Notes: generated by a model not told the origin, from the sequence alone. A DNA stretch of 64,000 nt from an uncultured Erythrobacter sp. (GCA_947503155.1 CANNCL010000002.1:676637-740636), one strand, 5' to 3'. Positions 1 through 11,293 are shown, numbered from the stretch's first letter. Numbers and translations: made by a program.

Positions 1-422
1 TGCGGTGCGTCGGACGGATCGCGGTCGCGCCAACGTCCATCATAACGCATTGGCAGCTTTTTCTCGCGCTGCTCGGCGCGCATCGCTTCCAATTCCTCGC
101 TTGTCGCAAAACACTTATAGGCATGGCCCGCCGCGAGCAGTTTGTTGGCGACTTCGGCATGGCGATCGGCCTGTTTCGATTGAAACACCGGTGCATCGTC
201 ATAGTCCAGGCCGAGCCAATCCAGCCCGTCCAAAATCGCGTCGATCGCCTCTTGTGTGGACCGTTTCTTGTCGGTGTCTTCGATCCTGAGCAGCGCGCGG
301 CCACCGTGGTGGCGGGCATAGAGCCAATTGAACAGCGCCGTTCGCGCGCCGCCAATATGCAGGAAACCTGTGGGCGAGGGTGCAAACCGTGTGACAACGT
401 GAGAAGCATCTGGGCTTGCCAT
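1..422 (-). CDS. gltX: Glutamate--tRNA ligase, 5' part (runs off the window start; not in the ORF track)
   Basis: Manual translation from ATG at 422: [51 protein letters not shown], the class I GluRS HIGH-region signature. Confidence 0.93.
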   Translation of the reverse strand, partial: MASPDASHVVTRFAPSPTGFLHIGGARTALFNWLYARHHGGRALLRIEDTDKKRSTQEAIDAILDGLDWLGLDYDDAPVFQSKQADRHAEVANKLLAAGHAYKCFATSEELEAMRAEQREKKLPMRYDGRWRDRDPSDAP

Positions 423-503
423 AAAGCGTTTATTCCTATTCACTTGCGCGAACCGAACCCGGCCTTACCCAAGAAAAACTCGGGCCCGATGGGGAAATGG
501 CCA

Positions 504-2783
504 ATGGCTGATACGCCGATTATTCCGATTGCAGGTGATCCCGACAGCAACGCAGCTGCTGAGGGAACCGATCCGGCAAAGCCCGATAGGGCCGCTGCGC
601 GCCTGTGGCAAAGGGGCGGCGGATTGTCCAGCTTGGCCGGGATGCGCGCGCGTGAATTGCCGCGCATGTTTGGAGATCAAGCTGAGCGCTTTTTGGCAGA
701 AGCAGGGTTTGATCGCGCGCCGTGGTTGGCGGCGGTGTTTGCATCAGGCATTCTGACATGGTTTGCGCTCAAGACCCCGTGGCAATGGGCAAGCGCAATT
801 GGATTGGGATTGCTTGCCGCTTTGTTTGCGCTCGCGCTTTGGCGAGACAGAGTAGAGCGCGATCTACTGCGTCAGGCTGTGATTGCCTGTTCCTTGATCT
901 TTGTTGCGGGTGTTTCGGTGATCTGGCTGCGATCCGCAGTGGTTGGGGCGCAGGCGATTGATCGGCCCGTGGTGGAGCGGGTGCAGGGCTATGTGCTTGA
1001 GCGACAAGATCAACCATCCAGGGATCGGATCCGGCTCACAATGGCCGTGCGCGATGCAGCGACAGGGGAAGGGCGCAAGATCCGTGTAAACGTGCCGATT
1101 GAGGCTGCCGCTGAAGTGGCTGAGGCCAATGGCGAGGGCGCGCTGGCAGAAGGAGCGGTGCTGCGAATGCGTGTGCGGCTAATGCCGCCGGCAAGTCCGA
1201 TGTTGCCGGGGGCTTATGATTTTGCGCGGGCCGCTTGGTTTAAGGGGCTAGCAGCCTCGGGCAGTTTGGTCGGCGGGATTGATGTCATTGAACCTGCGCC
1301 GCAGAGCCAAGGTATTGCGGAAATCCAGCGGGCGCTATCCGCTCATGTTCGCAGCCGCGTGGATGGTTCTGCGGGAACGATTGCGGCTGCGTTTGCTACC
1401 GGTGACCGGGGCGCCATTGGCGAAGCCGACGAAGACGCCATGCGTGATGCCGGTCTGACGCATTTGCTGGCGATTAGCGGCCTTCATGTGAGCGCAGTAA
1501 TTGCCGCGACATACTTCGTTGCAATTAAGCTCTTGGCGCTGTTTCCGGGGCTTGCGCTTCGGGTTCGGTTGCCGGTTATGGCGGCGCTGGCCGGGGCAAT
1601 TGCGGGGATCGCTTATACGTTGCTGACGGGCGCGCAGGTGCCGACTGTGCGCAGCTGCGTCGCGGCGATGCTGGTGCTGATTGCGCTGGCAATGGGACGG
1701 GATGCCTTGTCTTTGAGGATGGTGGCGGTCGCTGCGATGTTTGTCCTATTGTTGTGGCCAGAGAGCATCGTAGGGCCCAGCTTTCAGATGAGTTTTTCCG
1801 CTGTTCTGGCGATTGTCGCGGTGTCCACTTCTGCGCCTGCGCGCGCCTTTCTCGCCGCGCGGGAGGAGAGCTGGCTGAAGCGTATGGGACGGGGCGTTTT
1901 CATGCTCTTCATAACCGGCCTTGTGATCGAGATTGCGTTGATGCCGATCGTCATGTTCCATTTTCATAGGGCAGGCGTTTATGGCGCTTTCGCCAATGTG
2001 ATCGCCATTCCTTTGGTCACTTTCGTTTCCATGCCGCTGATAGCGATCGCGTTGGTTTTCGATATTGTCGGACTTGGCGCTCCATTTTGGTGGGTCGCGG
2101 AGATGTCGCTCAAGATGCTCTTGGGAATCGCGCATTTCACGGCAGGGCAGCCCGGCGCGGTCAAGTTGATGCCTCAGATGAGCTGGATCACTATCGCCTG
2201 CTTCACGCTTGGCGGTCTTTGGTTGGCGCTTTGGAATGGCCGGGCGCGATTGCTTGGCTTTGTCCCGGCGGCGTTGGCCGGTTTGATGTTGTTCGCCACT
2301 CCTATCCCTGATGTGTTGGTCGGGCGCGATGGGCGCCATGTTGGCATTACGATCAAGGCCGAAGATGGCAGTCGCCGCTTGCTTTCTTTGCGCGACAGCC
2401 GCTCTTCTTATTCACGCGACAATTTGCTCGAACTTTCCAGCGTTACCAGTGACCCCATTCCGCTCGCAGAGTGGGACGGCGCGCGTTGTTCGGCGGAGTT
2501 TTGCGTCATCACCCTTTCGCGCGGAGGCAGGGACTGGTCCCTATTGCTCGCCCGTAACCGAGAAATGGTCGAGGAGCGTTCCCTCGCTGCCGCGTGTGAA
2601 CGCGCCGATATCGTTGTCGCTGATCGCTATTTGCCGAGTTCTTGCGCGCCGCGCTGGCTTAAGGCCGATAGAGATATGCTGGAACGCACAGGCGGCCTTG
2701 CCATCGACCTAGAGAATGAGCGCATTATCTCAGTCGCGAGCGGCCAAGGCGAACATGGATGGTGGCTCGGGCAAGGGGACTGA
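504..2783 (+). CDS. comEC: ComEC/Rec2 family competence DNA-uptake channel
   Basis: Many TM segments; GLTHLLAISGLHV and PSFQMSFSAV motifs. Start placed at ATG 504 (MADTP) inside the 886-aa ORF; ATG 489 is an alternative. Confidence 0.88.
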   Translation: MADTPIIPIAGDPDSNAAAEGTDPAKPDRAAARLWQRGGGLSSLAGMRARELPRMFGDQAERFLAEAGFDRAPWLAAVFASGILTWFALKTPWQWASAIGLGLLAALFALALWRDRVERDLLRQAVIACSLIFVAGVSVIWLRSAVVGAQAIDRPVVERVQGYVLERQDQPSRDRIRLTMAVRDAATGEGRKIRVNVPIEAAAEVAEANGEGALAEGAVLRMRVRLMPPASPMLPGAYDFARAAWFKGLAASGSLVGGIDVIEPAPQSQGIAEIQRALSAHVRSRVDGSAGTIAAAFATGDRGAIGEADEDAMRDAGLTHLLAISGLHVSAVIAATYFVAIKLLALFPGLALRVRLPVMAALAGAIAGIAYTLLTGAQVPTVRSCVAAMLVLIALAMGRDALSLRMVAVAAMFVLLLWPESIVGPSFQMSFSAVLAIVAVSTSAPARAFLAAREESWLKRMGRGVFMLFITGLVIEIALMPIVMFHFHRAGVYGAFANVIAIPLVTFVSMPLIAIALVFDIVGLGAPFWWVAEMSLKMLLGIAHFTAGQPGAVKLMPQMSWITIACFTLGGLWLALWNGRARLLGFVPAALAGLMLFATPIPDVLVGRDGRHVGITIKAEDGSRRLLSLRDSRSSYSRDNLLELSSVTSDPIPLAEWDGARCSAEFCVITLSRGGRDWSLLLARNREMVEERSLAAACERADIVVADRYLPSSCAPRWLKADRDMLERTGGLAIDLENERIISVASGQGEHGWWLGQGD

Positions 2784-2814
2784 CACCAGCCCATCCTCTC
2801 CCGAGCCGCACCAA

Positions 2815-3504
2815 TCAGTGATAGCGCCGCAAAAGTCCGGCGAGTTTACCCTGAACTTGCACTTCGCCCGCGCCGTAAACTTGCGGGTCATAGGCCGCAT
2901 TGGCCGGGTCAAGACGGACCAGTCCGCCATCCTTATGCAGATATTTGAGCGTGGCTTCTTCGCCGCGCACAAGCGCCACGACAATTTCGCCATCGCGCGC
3001 GCTGTCGGTGCGGCGAACCAAAGCGAAATCGCCATCGAAGATACCGGCCTCCACCATCGAATCGCCCGACACTTCCAGAGCGTAATGCTCACCCGGACCG
3101 AGCAATGCCGCAGGTACAGGTAGCGAGGTTTGACCCTCTAACGCCTCAATCGGCGCGCCAGCCGCGATCCGCCCGTGCAGCGGGATTTGGATCACATCAT
3201 TGGCCGGTTCCGGCGCCGCTGGTTTGGGTTTTGCCATTTGCACGACATTACTGTCCGCAGCAGCAGAAGCCCGCGGAGCAGGGGTGGAATCTTCCGGTTG
3301 CTTAATCACTTCCAATGCCCGCGCCCGGTTCGGCAGACGCCGGATGAACCCGCGTTCCTCCAAAGCCGAAATCAGACGGTGAACGCCCGATTTGCTTTTC
3401 AGATCGAGAGCTTCTTTCATCTCTTCAAAACTTGGCGAAATGCCGGTTTCTTCCAAACGCTCCTGTATGAAGCGGATCAGTTCGTGTTGTTTTGCCGTTA
3501 GCAT
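2815..3504 (-). CDS. lexA: SOS transcriptional repressor LexA
   Basis: [36 protein letters not shown]; cleavage site GRIAAG; catalytic GDSM and ATLK motifs. Start at ATG 3504. Confidence 0.96.
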   Translation of the reverse strand: MLTAKQHELIRFIQERLEETGISPSFEEMKEALDLKSKSGVHRLISALEERGFIRRLPNRARALEVIKQPEDSTPAPRASAAADSNVVQMAKPKPAAPEPANDVIQIPLHGRIAAGAPIEALEGQTSLPVPAALLGPGEHYALEVSGDSMVEAGIFDGDFALVRRTDSARDGEIVVALVRGEEATLKYLHKDGGLVRLDPANAAYDPQVYGAGEVQVQGKLAGLLRRYH

Positions 3505-3628
3505 CAACAAACTCCGTAAAGCCGCACCTTTGCGCAGGCGCAAACGCCCGCTCAGTGCCAATCATGCGCGCCCGATAGAGGCACCTGGATAGATGCGTTT
3601 CAGGGCACTGTTCGCGCACCGATATGGT

Positions 3629-3654
3629 GAACGAATACGGAACAAGTAGGCAAC
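3629..3654. promoter_or_regulatory. Alphaproteobacterial LexA (SOS) box, tandem
   Basis: GAAC-GAATACG-GAAC (3629-3643) is a perfect GAAC-N7-GAAC. It continues as N7-CAAC (to 3654). It lies about 125 bp upstream of lexA. Confidence 0.85.
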
Positions 3655-3699
3655 CAAATCGATCAAGTCAAGCCGGCAATCGGCGTAAACCCCACGGAT

Positions 3700-4878
3700 T
3701 CAGCCATTTTCGAGGTTATACACTGGAACAAACGCTCCGGCCTTCACTTCGGCCGATCCCGCCGGCCGATCGATCAGGCAATTGGCCGCTGCTAGCGCCA
3801 TCAACGCGCTTGAATCTTGCGATGCCGCGCGCCGGACATGCGTCCCGTCGCTGACCCCGCGCAGGAACTCGCGCCTAGGGCCGGTGGCCGGCAGTGCCTC
3901 TTCCAAACAGAGCATCTGCGCCGCCGGAACCACAGATCGCATACCCAGCGCAGCGCGGATCAGCGGCAGTGCAAACAGGAAGCCGGTCACGAAGCTGGAA
4001 ACCGGGTTACCGGGCAGGCCCAGCACCACCAGTTCTCCGCGTTTCGCCACCATCAACGGTTTGCCGGGCTTGATTGCGACTTTCCAAAACGCCAGATCAG
4101 CGCCCCAATCGCGCAACGCTTGCTGGATCAGATCATGGTCACCCACTGACGCCCCGCCAGAGGTGATGAGGATGTCGGACCCTTCCGCCTTTTCCAAGGC
4201 GGCGGCCAACGCGCCGAGGTCATCGCCCACCGGGCCGAGCCGCTCGCTTGGCCCCACTAGCGGCGCGATCATCGCCGCAATCATGGCGCCGTTGCTCGCT
4301 GGGATCTGTTCCGGCCCGCATAGAGCGGGATCGCGGACCAGCTCGTCTCCGCTATCGAGGATTGCGACCTTAGGCCGCCGCTTCACGGGAACAGACCCGT
4401 GCCCAGCGGACATGGAAAGGGCGATTTGCGCCGCGCCCAGCCGTGTGCCCGCGGGCATCACCGTGTCGCCCTGTGCAAAGTCGAAGCCGCGCATCCGTAC
4501 ATGGCGACGGGGCGGGGGCATTTCGTCGGTGCTGATCTGTGCATCTGCAATGACTGCATTCTCTTGGATCAGGACCCGGTCGCTGCCGTCTGGCATATGC
4601 GCTCCGGTCGAGATACGCGCCGCTTGTCCCGGTTCCAGCGTCCCTACAAACGGAGCGCCAGCGCGGCTTTCCCCGACCATTCGCCACGGACCATCGCCCG
4701 CAATCGCATAGCCATCCATCGCCGACAGGTCAGCAGGCGGCTGCGTTCGGATTGCGGAGAGGTCCGCCGCGAGCACACGGCCCAGCGCTGCTTCCGTTAG
4801 CACGTCCTCAGCCTCCATCACCGGGGCGAGGGCGAGGAGCTGATCGCGCGCTTCTTCTAGGGTTAGCATCTGGCTCAC
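3700..4878 (-). CDS. moeA: Molybdopterin molybdotransferase MoeA
   Basis: [26 protein letters not shown] and GLPGNPVS motifs; GTGA overlap with the moaC stop. Confidence 0.94.
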   Translation of the reverse strand: MSQMLTLEEARDQLLALAPVMEAEDVLTEAALGRVLAADLSAIRTQPPADLSAMDGYAIAGDGPWRMVGESRAGAPFVGTLEPGQAARISTGAHMPDGSDRVLIQENAVIADAQISTDEMPPPRRHVRMRGFDFAQGDTVMPAGTRLGAAQIALSMSAGHGSVPVKRRPKVAILDSGDELVRDPALCGPEQIPASNGAMIAAMIAPLVGPSERLGPVGDDLGALAAALEKAEGSDILITSGGASVGDHDLIQQALRDWGADLAFWKVAIKPGKPLMVAKRGELVVLGLPGNPVSSFVTGFLFALPLIRAALGMRSVVPAAQMLCLEEALPATGPRREFLRGVSDGTHVRRAASQDSSALMALAAANCLIDRPAGSAEVKAGAFVPVYNLENG

Positions 4879-5351
4879 AATTGCGGAGCCTTCCAGTCTC
4901 CCGACTTACCCCCGCGCTTTTCCAGCAAGCGCACTTCGCCAATCACCATCGCTTTGTCGATCGCTTTGGCCATGTCGTAGATCGTCAGAAGTGCGGCGGA
5001 GACGGCGACCATCGCTTCCATCTCAATCCCGGTTTTGCCGGTCAGTGATGCGGTCGCGGCCGCGCGGATGCCGCCCTCCTCAAACGCGAAGTCCACATTG
5101 ATCGCCTCCAGCCCAAGCGGGTGGCAGAGCGGGATCAGGTCGCCGGTCCGCTTTGCCGCCATGATCCCGGCGATCCGCGCGGTGCCCAGCACATCGCCTT
5201 TTGGCGCGTCGCCTTCGCGGATTGCGCTGAGGGCCTGCGCCGACATGGTGATCCTGCCAGAGGCAACCGCGACACGGTGGGTTTCGGCTTTGCCGCCAAC
5301 ATCGACCATGCGCGCTGCGCCGTCTTCGCCAAGATGCGTCAGGCCGCTCAT
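4875..5351 (-). CDS. moaC: Cyclic pyranopterin monophosphate synthase MoaC
   Basis: [29 protein letters not shown] and TIYDMAKA motifs; AGGAG SD before ATG 5351. Confidence 0.95.
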   Translation of the reverse strand: MSGLTHLGEDGAARMVDVGGKAETHRVAVASGRITMSAQALSAIREGDAPKGDVLGTARIAGIMAAKRTGDLIPLCHPLGLEAINVDFAFEEGGIRAAATASLTGKTGIEMEAMVAVSAALLTIYDMAKAIDKAMVIGEVRLLEKRGGKSGDWKAPQL

Positions 5352-5522
5352 GCCCGCTCTCCTAAGGAGGCGCTGACACACTTGACACACTGTCTAGGGG
5401 CAAAAGTTCGCTTGGCCGGAAATGAGGCGTTTAAACGGGCGAAGAATGGAGCGGTGAATAACGTCATATTGGGTAAATGGCATGTTCGCAGCCAGTAGGA
5501 CAGCGCCGCTTTTGTCAGTGGG

Positions 5523-6311
5523 TTACCCTTGGAGCAATTGCTGCGTAGCCGCCGCTATATCATCGGCGCGCATCAAGCTTTCCCCGACCAAGAAATTGCG
5601 CACACCCGATTTTTCAAGCCGGATGCAATCAGTGTGGCTGCTAATCCCGCTTTCACCCACGAGCAGGCAGTCTTCGGGTACCAATTTGGCGAGCCGTTCT
5701 GTGGTGGATAGGTCCGTTTTGAAGGTCTTGAGGTCGCGGTTATTTACGCCGATCAACAGCGATGTAAGCGACTTGAGCGCGCGTTCCAATTCCGCCTCGT
5801 CATGAACTTCGACCAATACATCCATCGCCAATTCGGACGCAGCAGCCTCAATTTCTGCCATCGCGCCGTTATCTAAGGCCGCAACGATGATCAGGATCGC
5901 ATCCCCGCCAATCGCGCGCGCTTCCAAACATTGCCACGGATCGACCATGAAATCTTTGCGCAAAACCGGCAGGTTGCAGGCCGAACGCGCCTCAATCAGA
6001 TAATCCTCATGCCCTTGGAAATAGGGCGCATCGGTCAGGACAGACAGGCATGCCGCGCCGCCCGTTTCGTATTCGCGCGCATGGTCTGCTGGGCGGAAAT
6101 CTGCACGGATCAGGCCTTTGGACGGGCTGGCTTTTTTGATCTCTGCGATCAGGCCAAAACCGGATTTACTTGCTTGGCGCAGCTGCCGTTCAAACCCGCG
6201 AACTTTGGTTTGCTCGCTGGCGAGTTTTTCCAATGCAGAGATGCTGGATTGCTGCTTTCGCGCGGCGACTTCGCGGCGTTTGGTCGCGCATATTTCCTCA
6301 AGCTTATTCAT
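5523..6311 (-). CDS. trpC: Indole-3-glycerol phosphate synthase
   Basis: [30 protein letters not shown] and VGESG motifs. Confidence 0.96.
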   Translation of the reverse strand: MNKLEEICATKRREVAARKQQSSISALEKLASEQTKVRGFERQLRQASKSGFGLIAEIKKASPSKGLIRADFRPADHAREYETGGAACLSVLTDAPYFQGHEDYLIEARSACNLPVLRKDFMVDPWQCLEARAIGGDAILIIVAALDNGAMAEIEAAASELAMDVLVEVHDEAELERALKSLTSLLIGVNNRDLKTFKTDLSTTERLAKLVPEDCLLVGESGISSHTDCIRLEKSGVRNFLVGESLMRADDIAAATQQLLQG

Positions 6312-7300
6312 ACCGCCAATTCAATCCAGTCACGCAGCAACTTCATCGCGCGCCCGGAATCGAGCGCCTCTGCGGCGATCTGAGCGCCTTGTGTCCATTC
6401 CGATGCGCGCTTTGCCACAATCAAAGCGCCCGCCGCGTTAAACAGCACCGCATCACGGTATGGGCCGGGCGCGCCGGTCAGCAAAGCTTTGAGCGCGGCG
6501 GCATTATGAACCGCATCATCGCCGCGGATCGCCTCAATCGGGGCGGTGGGTAGACCGGCATCATCAGGGTGCAACCGGTTCATCTCAAACGCATTGCCGC
6601 GCACCATGGCAACTTCATTGCCGCCCGCTAGGCTCAATTCATCCAGCCCTTCATCACCCGAAACGATCAAAGAACGGCCTGTGCCCAATTTCGCCATCGC
6701 GCCCGCATAGATCGGCACATAAGCGGGGCGGGCGATCCCGATCAGCTGGCTCGTGACCCGCGCCGGGTTCGACAATGGCCCCATCAGGTTGAAGATCGTG
6801 CGCTGTCCGATCTTTTTACGGATTGGTTGTATCCGGCCCATCGCGGGGTGGTGGTTTTTGGCGAACAGAAAACAAATGCCGAGCTGATTCAGCGTCTTTT
6901 CCGCCGTATCGCCCGCCGCGTCCATATCGAGGCCGAGCGCTTCCAACGTGTCCGCCGCGCCTGCTTTTGATGATGCTGCGCGGTTGCCGTGTTTCGCCAC
7001 GGGCACACCGCAAGCCGCGACGACCAGACTAACGGCGGTGGAGACATTGAGCGTGTGATGCCCATCGCCGCCGGTTCCGCAAACGTCGATGGCGTCACTC
7101 GGCGCATCAATCGGGATCAGCCGCGCGCGCAAAGCCCGCGCCGCGCCTGCGATTTCATTCGAGGTTTCGCCGCGCGCAGACAGCGCGATCAAAAACGCCT
7201 CAATTTCGTCTTCGCTAGGCGCACCATCAAGCAGCGCACCAAACGCCGTTTCGGCCTCAACCTCGGTCAGCGGTTTGGAAATATCGGGAAGCACGCTCAT
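6308..7300 (-). CDS. trpD: Anthranilate phosphoribosyltransferase
   Basis: [25 protein letters not shown] and [10 protein letters not shown] motifs. Confidence 0.96.
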   Translation of the reverse strand: MSVLPDISKPLTEVEAETAFGALLDGAPSEDEIEAFLIALSARGETSNEIAGAARALRARLIPIDAPSDAIDVCGTGGDGHHTLNVSTAVSLVVAACGVPVAKHGNRAASSKAGAADTLEALGLDMDAAGDTAEKTLNQLGICFLFAKNHHPAMGRIQPIRKKIGQRTIFNLMGPLSNPARVTSQLIGIARPAYVPIYAGAMAKLGTGRSLIVSGDEGLDELSLAGGNEVAMVRGNAFEMNRLHPDDAGLPTAPIEAIRGDDAVHNAAALKALLTGAPGPYRDAVLFNAAGALIVAKRASEWTQGAQIAAEALDSGRAMKLLRDWIELAV

Positions 7301-7932
7301 GCAGAGAGCCTTTCAGGCAGACGCGCCTCGACGCCGCAGATTTTCAGGAAGTTGGCGAGCAAAGCATGACCGTGATCGGTTGCGATGCTTTCGGGATGGA
7401 ATTGCACCCCGTGGATCGGCAAGCTTGCGTGGCGGAAACCCATGACGCTGGCACCGTCCAAACCGGGTGTGTCGGCATGGGCGTTGGCGATCAATTGCTC
7501 TGGCACATCGACGACTTCTAAACTGTGATAGCGGGTCGCGGTGTAGGGGGAGGGTAGCCCAGCGAAAACGCCGCTGCCGTCATGGGTCACAGGGGATGTT
7601 TTGCCGTGCATCAATCCGCCGCGCGTGACCGTTCCGCCAAAATGTTGTCCGATGGATTGGTGTCCCAAACACACGCCCAGCAATGGCTTTCCCGCATCCG
7701 CACAGGCCGCAACCAGATCGAGGCTGATCCCAGCCTCGTTCGGTGTGCATGGTCCGGGCGAGATCAAGAAACCTTTCGCGCCGCTGGCCAAAGCCTGCGC
7801 AGCGGTGAGTGCGTCATTGCGTTCAACCCGCACCTCCGCTCCCAATTCCATCAAATAATGGACGAGGTTGAAAGTGAAGCTGTCGTAATTGTCGATGACG
7901 AGAATGTCGGGGGGGGCATCAGCCGCGCTCAT
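7297..7932 (-). CDS. trpG: Anthranilate synthase component II (glutamine amidotransferase)
   Basis: [20 protein letters not shown] and GVQFHPES motifs; located in the trp operon. Confidence 0.93.
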   Translation of the reverse strand: MSAADAPPDILVIDNYDSFTFNLVHYLMELGAEVRVERNDALTAAQALASGAKGFLISPGPCTPNEAGISLDLVAACADAGKPLLGVCLGHQSIGQHFGGTVTRGGLMHGKTSPVTHDGSGVFAGLPSPYTATRYHSLEVVDVPEQLIANAHADTPGLDGASVMGFRHASLPIHGVQFHPESIATDHGHALLANFLKICGVEARLPERLSA

Positions 7933-8906
7933 ACTTTCCCCGCAAACTGATCCGTTGCGCGCACCAGACCATCGATAATACCCGGCTCGGTTGAACTGTG
8001 CCCGGCATCATGCACGATCCACAATTGCGCATCGGGCCACGCCTTCTTGATCTCCCACGCGGATCCCGGCGGGGTGCAAATGTCGTGACGCCCTTGGACA
8101 ATGATGCCGGGAATATGCGCAATTTGGGGCATATCGCGCAGCAATTGCGATTCTTCGAGGAAGAAATCCTCTAGGAAAAACCGCGCGCAAATCCGCGCAA
8201 ACGGCACCGCTTTGGATGGGTCGGCAAATTCTTCGAGCAGCCCCTCATTCGGCAGCAAGGTCGCGACCGTCCCCTCCCACAAAGACCATTCTTTCGCCGC
8301 CGCTAGCCGAGTGGCTTCGTCGTCCGATGTCAGGCGGGTGTAATAGGCTTTCACCAGATCGCCGCGCTCTTCCTCTGGGATCAAGGCGTTAAATTGGTCC
8401 CATTGCTCGGCCATGATTTCGCTCGCGCCGAAACGGTAGAGCCAGCCTTTTTCGCGTTGCCGGGCAAGGAATACGCCGCGCAGGACAATTTCGCTGGTGC
8501 GGTCCGGGTGCGATTGGGCATAGGCGAGGGCGAGCGTCGCGCCCCAACTGCCGCCGAACACTTGCCATTTATCATGCCCGCACATTTCGCGCAGGCGTTC
8601 AATATCGGCAACAATGCGCCACGTGTCGTTATTCTCAATCTCTGCAAATGGCAGCGACTGGCCGCAGCCGCGTTGATCGAACAACAACACATCATACAGC
8701 GCGGGGTCCCATTGGCACCGATGTGACGGCGACATGCCGCCGCCGGGGCCGCCATGTAGGAACACCGCCGGTTTGGCGCCCGGTGTGCCGACGCGTTCGT
8801 AATAAAGCTGATGCCCGTCGCCAACATCGAGCATACCGGTCTCATACGGTTCGATATCGGGATAGAGGCCGCGTTCATATTGGATCATGTTTCCAGCAGG
8901 CATCAT
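7929..8906 (-). CDS. pip: Proline iminopeptidase (alpha/beta hydrolase, S33 family)
   Basis: [21 protein letters not shown] (nucleophile Ser), QGRHD and DAGHS motifs. Start ATG 8906 overlaps the upstream stop. Confidence 0.92.
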   Translation of the reverse strand: MMPAGNMIQYERGLYPDIEPYETGMLDVGDGHQLYYERVGTPGAKPAVFLHGGPGGGMSPSHRCQWDPALYDVLLFDQRGCGQSLPFAEIENNDTWRIVADIERLREMCGHDKWQVFGGSWGATLALAYAQSHPDRTSEIVLRGVFLARQREKGWLYRFGASEIMAEQWDQFNALIPEEERGDLVKAYYTRLTSDDEATRLAAAKEWSLWEGTVATLLPNEGLLEEFADPSKAVPFARICARFFLEDFFLEESQLLRDMPQIAHIPGIIVQGRHDICTPPGSAWEIKKAWPDAQLWIVHDAGHSSTEPGIIDGLVRATDQFAGKV

Positions 8907-9730
8907 TTCGTCTCCACAACCAATAACGGGCCAACCCGCCGTCCATCCATCCGCCCCGTCGCCGGGTCCCATAATGACGAGATATTGCCGTCTAGGAACA
9001 GCGCGTTGGGCACTTCCAATTCATCGCGGAAAAACCGCCCGAGCTTACCAAAACTGAGTGGTTCGTTGGATATCACGAAATGCGCCTTGCCATCGCTGGC
9101 AATCCCGACGCCGTTGCGCAGTGCCTTTGATGGCCCGTCATCCTGAATTTCGGGATGCAGTTCGCCGTTTATGACCAGCATTGGCCCCGATTGTGTGCCA
9201 AATTGTGGGCGGTCGCCAATCGTGCGCAGGAACAGGCCGGTTTCCAAAATACGCCAATTGCCATTGCTGCCGAAGAACACGCCATTGGGTTTCAGGTAGA
9301 AATTGCCGCCGCCATCGCCGCGATTGAGTTCAACCAAACGATCGCTACCGCGCACAAAATATCCCAGCGCTTTCAAATCGTCGCCGTACATTCCGGCGTT
9401 CATCACAAAGGCAATGGCGCTTTCATTGCGGCCTGCGGCCCACCCTTCGATTGTGCCGAAATTCGCGCCGCTTGTGGGGGCGAGATCGGTGGATATCTGG
9501 TGCAATTGCGGGTCTGCGATACAATGGGTGAGGGGGACCCCTTCGAAATTTGCGGGCCGGCAGGCTGCGTTCGTATCGGCGGTGATTTCCGGCACGACCT
9601 CTTGCGTTTCATCGAGTGTGGCACCCGCAACCGGTTCGCCCAATTCAGAGCGCACAACCGGTTCGCCAGCCTGTTGTTGTTCGCATCCGATCAGCGCCAG
9701 TGCGGCCCCTAAAATTAGCGCAATTCTCAC
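8903..9730 (-). CDS. Predicted lipoprotein, phosphodiester glycosidase (YigE/DUF2233-like) family
   Basis: Signal peptide with lipobox LALIG-C; MNAGMY, NFYLKPNGVF, TQSGPML, RNGVG and ALFLDG motifs. Confidence 0.75.
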   Translation of the reverse strand: MRIALILGAALALIGCEQQQAGEPVVRSELGEPVAGATLDETQEVVPEITADTNAACRPANFEGVPLTHCIADPQLHQISTDLAPTSGANFGTIEGWAAGRNESAIAFVMNAGMYGDDLKALGYFVRGSDRLVELNRGDGGGNFYLKPNGVFFGSNGNWRILETGLFLRTIGDRPQFGTQSGPMLVINGELHPEIQDDGPSKALRNGVGIASDGKAHFVISNEPLSFGKLGRFFRDELEVPNALFLDGNISSLWDPATGRMDGRRVGPLLVVETK

Positions 9731-9759
9731 AGCATAATTCTCACAGCGTAATTCTCACA
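9722..9759. repeat. 14-bp tandem repeat, 2.7 copies, containing the GTG start of the lipoprotein gene
   Basis: AATTCTCACAGCAT / AATTCTCACAGCGT / AATTCTCACA, read directly from the sequence. Confidence 0.9.
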
Positions 9760-9781
9760 TTCTGGCATTTAGCGCCGTTCT

Positions 9782-11293
9782 TCATTGTCCAAATCCCGGT
9801 TCGCTGGCGACCCGCACGGCTTCACGCGCCGCCGCGATTAACGCGCCCGCTTTTGCGCGGCATTCGGCGAGTTCAGAATCAGGATCGCTATCCGCGACGA
9901 TCCCGGCGCCTGCTTGCACATGCATCGTGCCGTCTTTCACCACGGCGGTGCGCAGGACGATGCAGGAATCTACGGATCCGTCCGGCGCGAAATAGCCAAC
10001 ACCGCCAGCATAGGCGCCGCGCGTTTCGGGTTCCAATTCTGCGATAATTTCGCAGGCCCGGATTTTAGGAGCGCCAGACACAGTGCCCGCCGGAAATCCA
10101 GCAAACAGCGCATCAATCGCGTCTTTATCGCCGGCCAATTGCCCCACCACATTGCTGACGATATGCATCACATGGCTGTATCTTTCGATGGTGAAACTGT
10201 CCGTCACTTCGACGCTGCCCGCGCTCGCGACCCGGCCCACATCATTGCGGCCCAAATCCAGCAGCATCAGATGTTCCGCCAATTCCTTGGGATCGGCCAG
10301 CAATTCTGCTTCGTTGGCATCGTCCAGAATGCGCGTTTCACCGCGCGGGCGCGTTCCGGCAATAGGGCGCACGGTCACTTCGCCGTCCCGCACGCGCACC
10401 AGAATTTCTGGGCTGGACCCGACAATGGCAAAACCGGGCAGGTCGAGGAAATACAGAAACGGAGAGGGGTTCACCCGCCGCAATGCTCGGTAAAGCGCCA
10501 GCGGCGGCAATTCGAATGGGCAGGTGAAACGCTGCGCCAGAACGACCTGAAATATATCGCCAGCGGTGATGTATTCTTTCGCCCGGCCAACCATCGCCTT
10601 GTAATCATCGCCCGCCATAACCGGGGCAAGCTCTGGTTTCTGCGTTCCCGGCGCGGTGCGCGGTTCATCAGGGCGAGGGCGGCTTAGGGTGCGCAACGTC
10701 TCGTCGATCCGGTCGCCTGCTTGCAGGATCGCGGCAGCGGGATTGGCGGCATTCCAAATCGGCACGGCGCAGAACAATTCGTCTGACAGTCCATCAAAGA
10801 TCAAGATCACGGTCGGGCGCACGAACAACATATCGGGCAATGCCAGTTCGCTCGGATCGGCGCGGGGCAGGGTTTCGACCAGCCCGATCGTCTCATACCC
10901 GAAATAACCAACCAGACAGGCCAGCGCCGGGGGCAGACCCTCTGGCACATCGATCCGGCAGCTATCTGCGAGCCCGCGCAGTTCGACCATCGCGTCATTG
11001 TCGCACGCTTCAAAAGCGTCTCTGTCACTTTGCCATGTGCGGTTGATGGCGGCGTGCCCTTCGCTCGCGCGGAACACCAGATCAGGGTTCAGCCCCAACA
11101 GGCTGTAACGCCCGCGCACTTCGCCGCCTTCGACCGATTCGAGCAGGAAATCGCCGCGCCCCGGTTCGATCAATTGCCGCGCTGCGCCCACCGGCGTGTC
11201 GCTATCGGCGACCACGCGCCGCCACACCAGTGCAGGCGCACCAGCGGCCAGCGCCTCTGCGGCACCTGCTGCATTTTCCAACTGGGACGACAT
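9782..11293 (-). CDS. trpE: Anthranilate synthase component I
   Basis: FLLESVEGG, GDIFQVVLAQR, GSSPEILV, RPIAGTR, EHLMLLDLGRND and GTVSGAPK motifs. GTG 11305 is an alternative start. Confidence 0.95.
   Translation of the reverse strand: MSSQLENAAGAAEALAAGAPALVWRRVVADSDTPVGAARQLIEPGRGDFLLESVEGGEVRGRYSLLGLNPDLVFRASEGHAAINRTWQSDRDAFEACDNDAMVELRGLADSCRIDVPEGLPPALACLVGYFGYETIGLVETLPRADPSELALPDMLFVRPTVILIFDGLSDELFCAVPIWNAANPAAAILQAGDRIDETLRTLSRPRPDEPRTAPGTQKPELAPVMAGDDYKAMVGRAKEYITAGDIFQVVLAQRFTCPFELPPLALYRALRRVNPSPFLYFLDLPGFAIVGSSPEILVRVRDGEVTVRPIAGTRPRGETRILDDANEAELLADPKELAEHLMLLDLGRNDVGRVASAGSVEVTDSFTIERYSHVMHIVSNVVGQLAGDKDAIDALFAGFPAGTVSGAPKIRACEIIAELEPETRGAYAGGVGYFAPDGSVDSCIVLRTAVVKDGTMHVQAGAGIVADSDPDSELAECRAKAGALIAAAREAVRVASEPGFGQ

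Noticed and set aside
123-503. N-terminal extension of the 886-aa comEC ORF
   Set aside because: It lies antisense to gltX, which has clear GluRS motifs; the real start is probably 504 or 489.
5352-5522. Possible Moco riboswitch upstream of moaC (CUCC-UUA-GGAG hairpin covers the SD)
   Set aside because: Only a 4-bp stem is visible. I could not find the multi-stem Moco RNA core or its GAAA-type loop.
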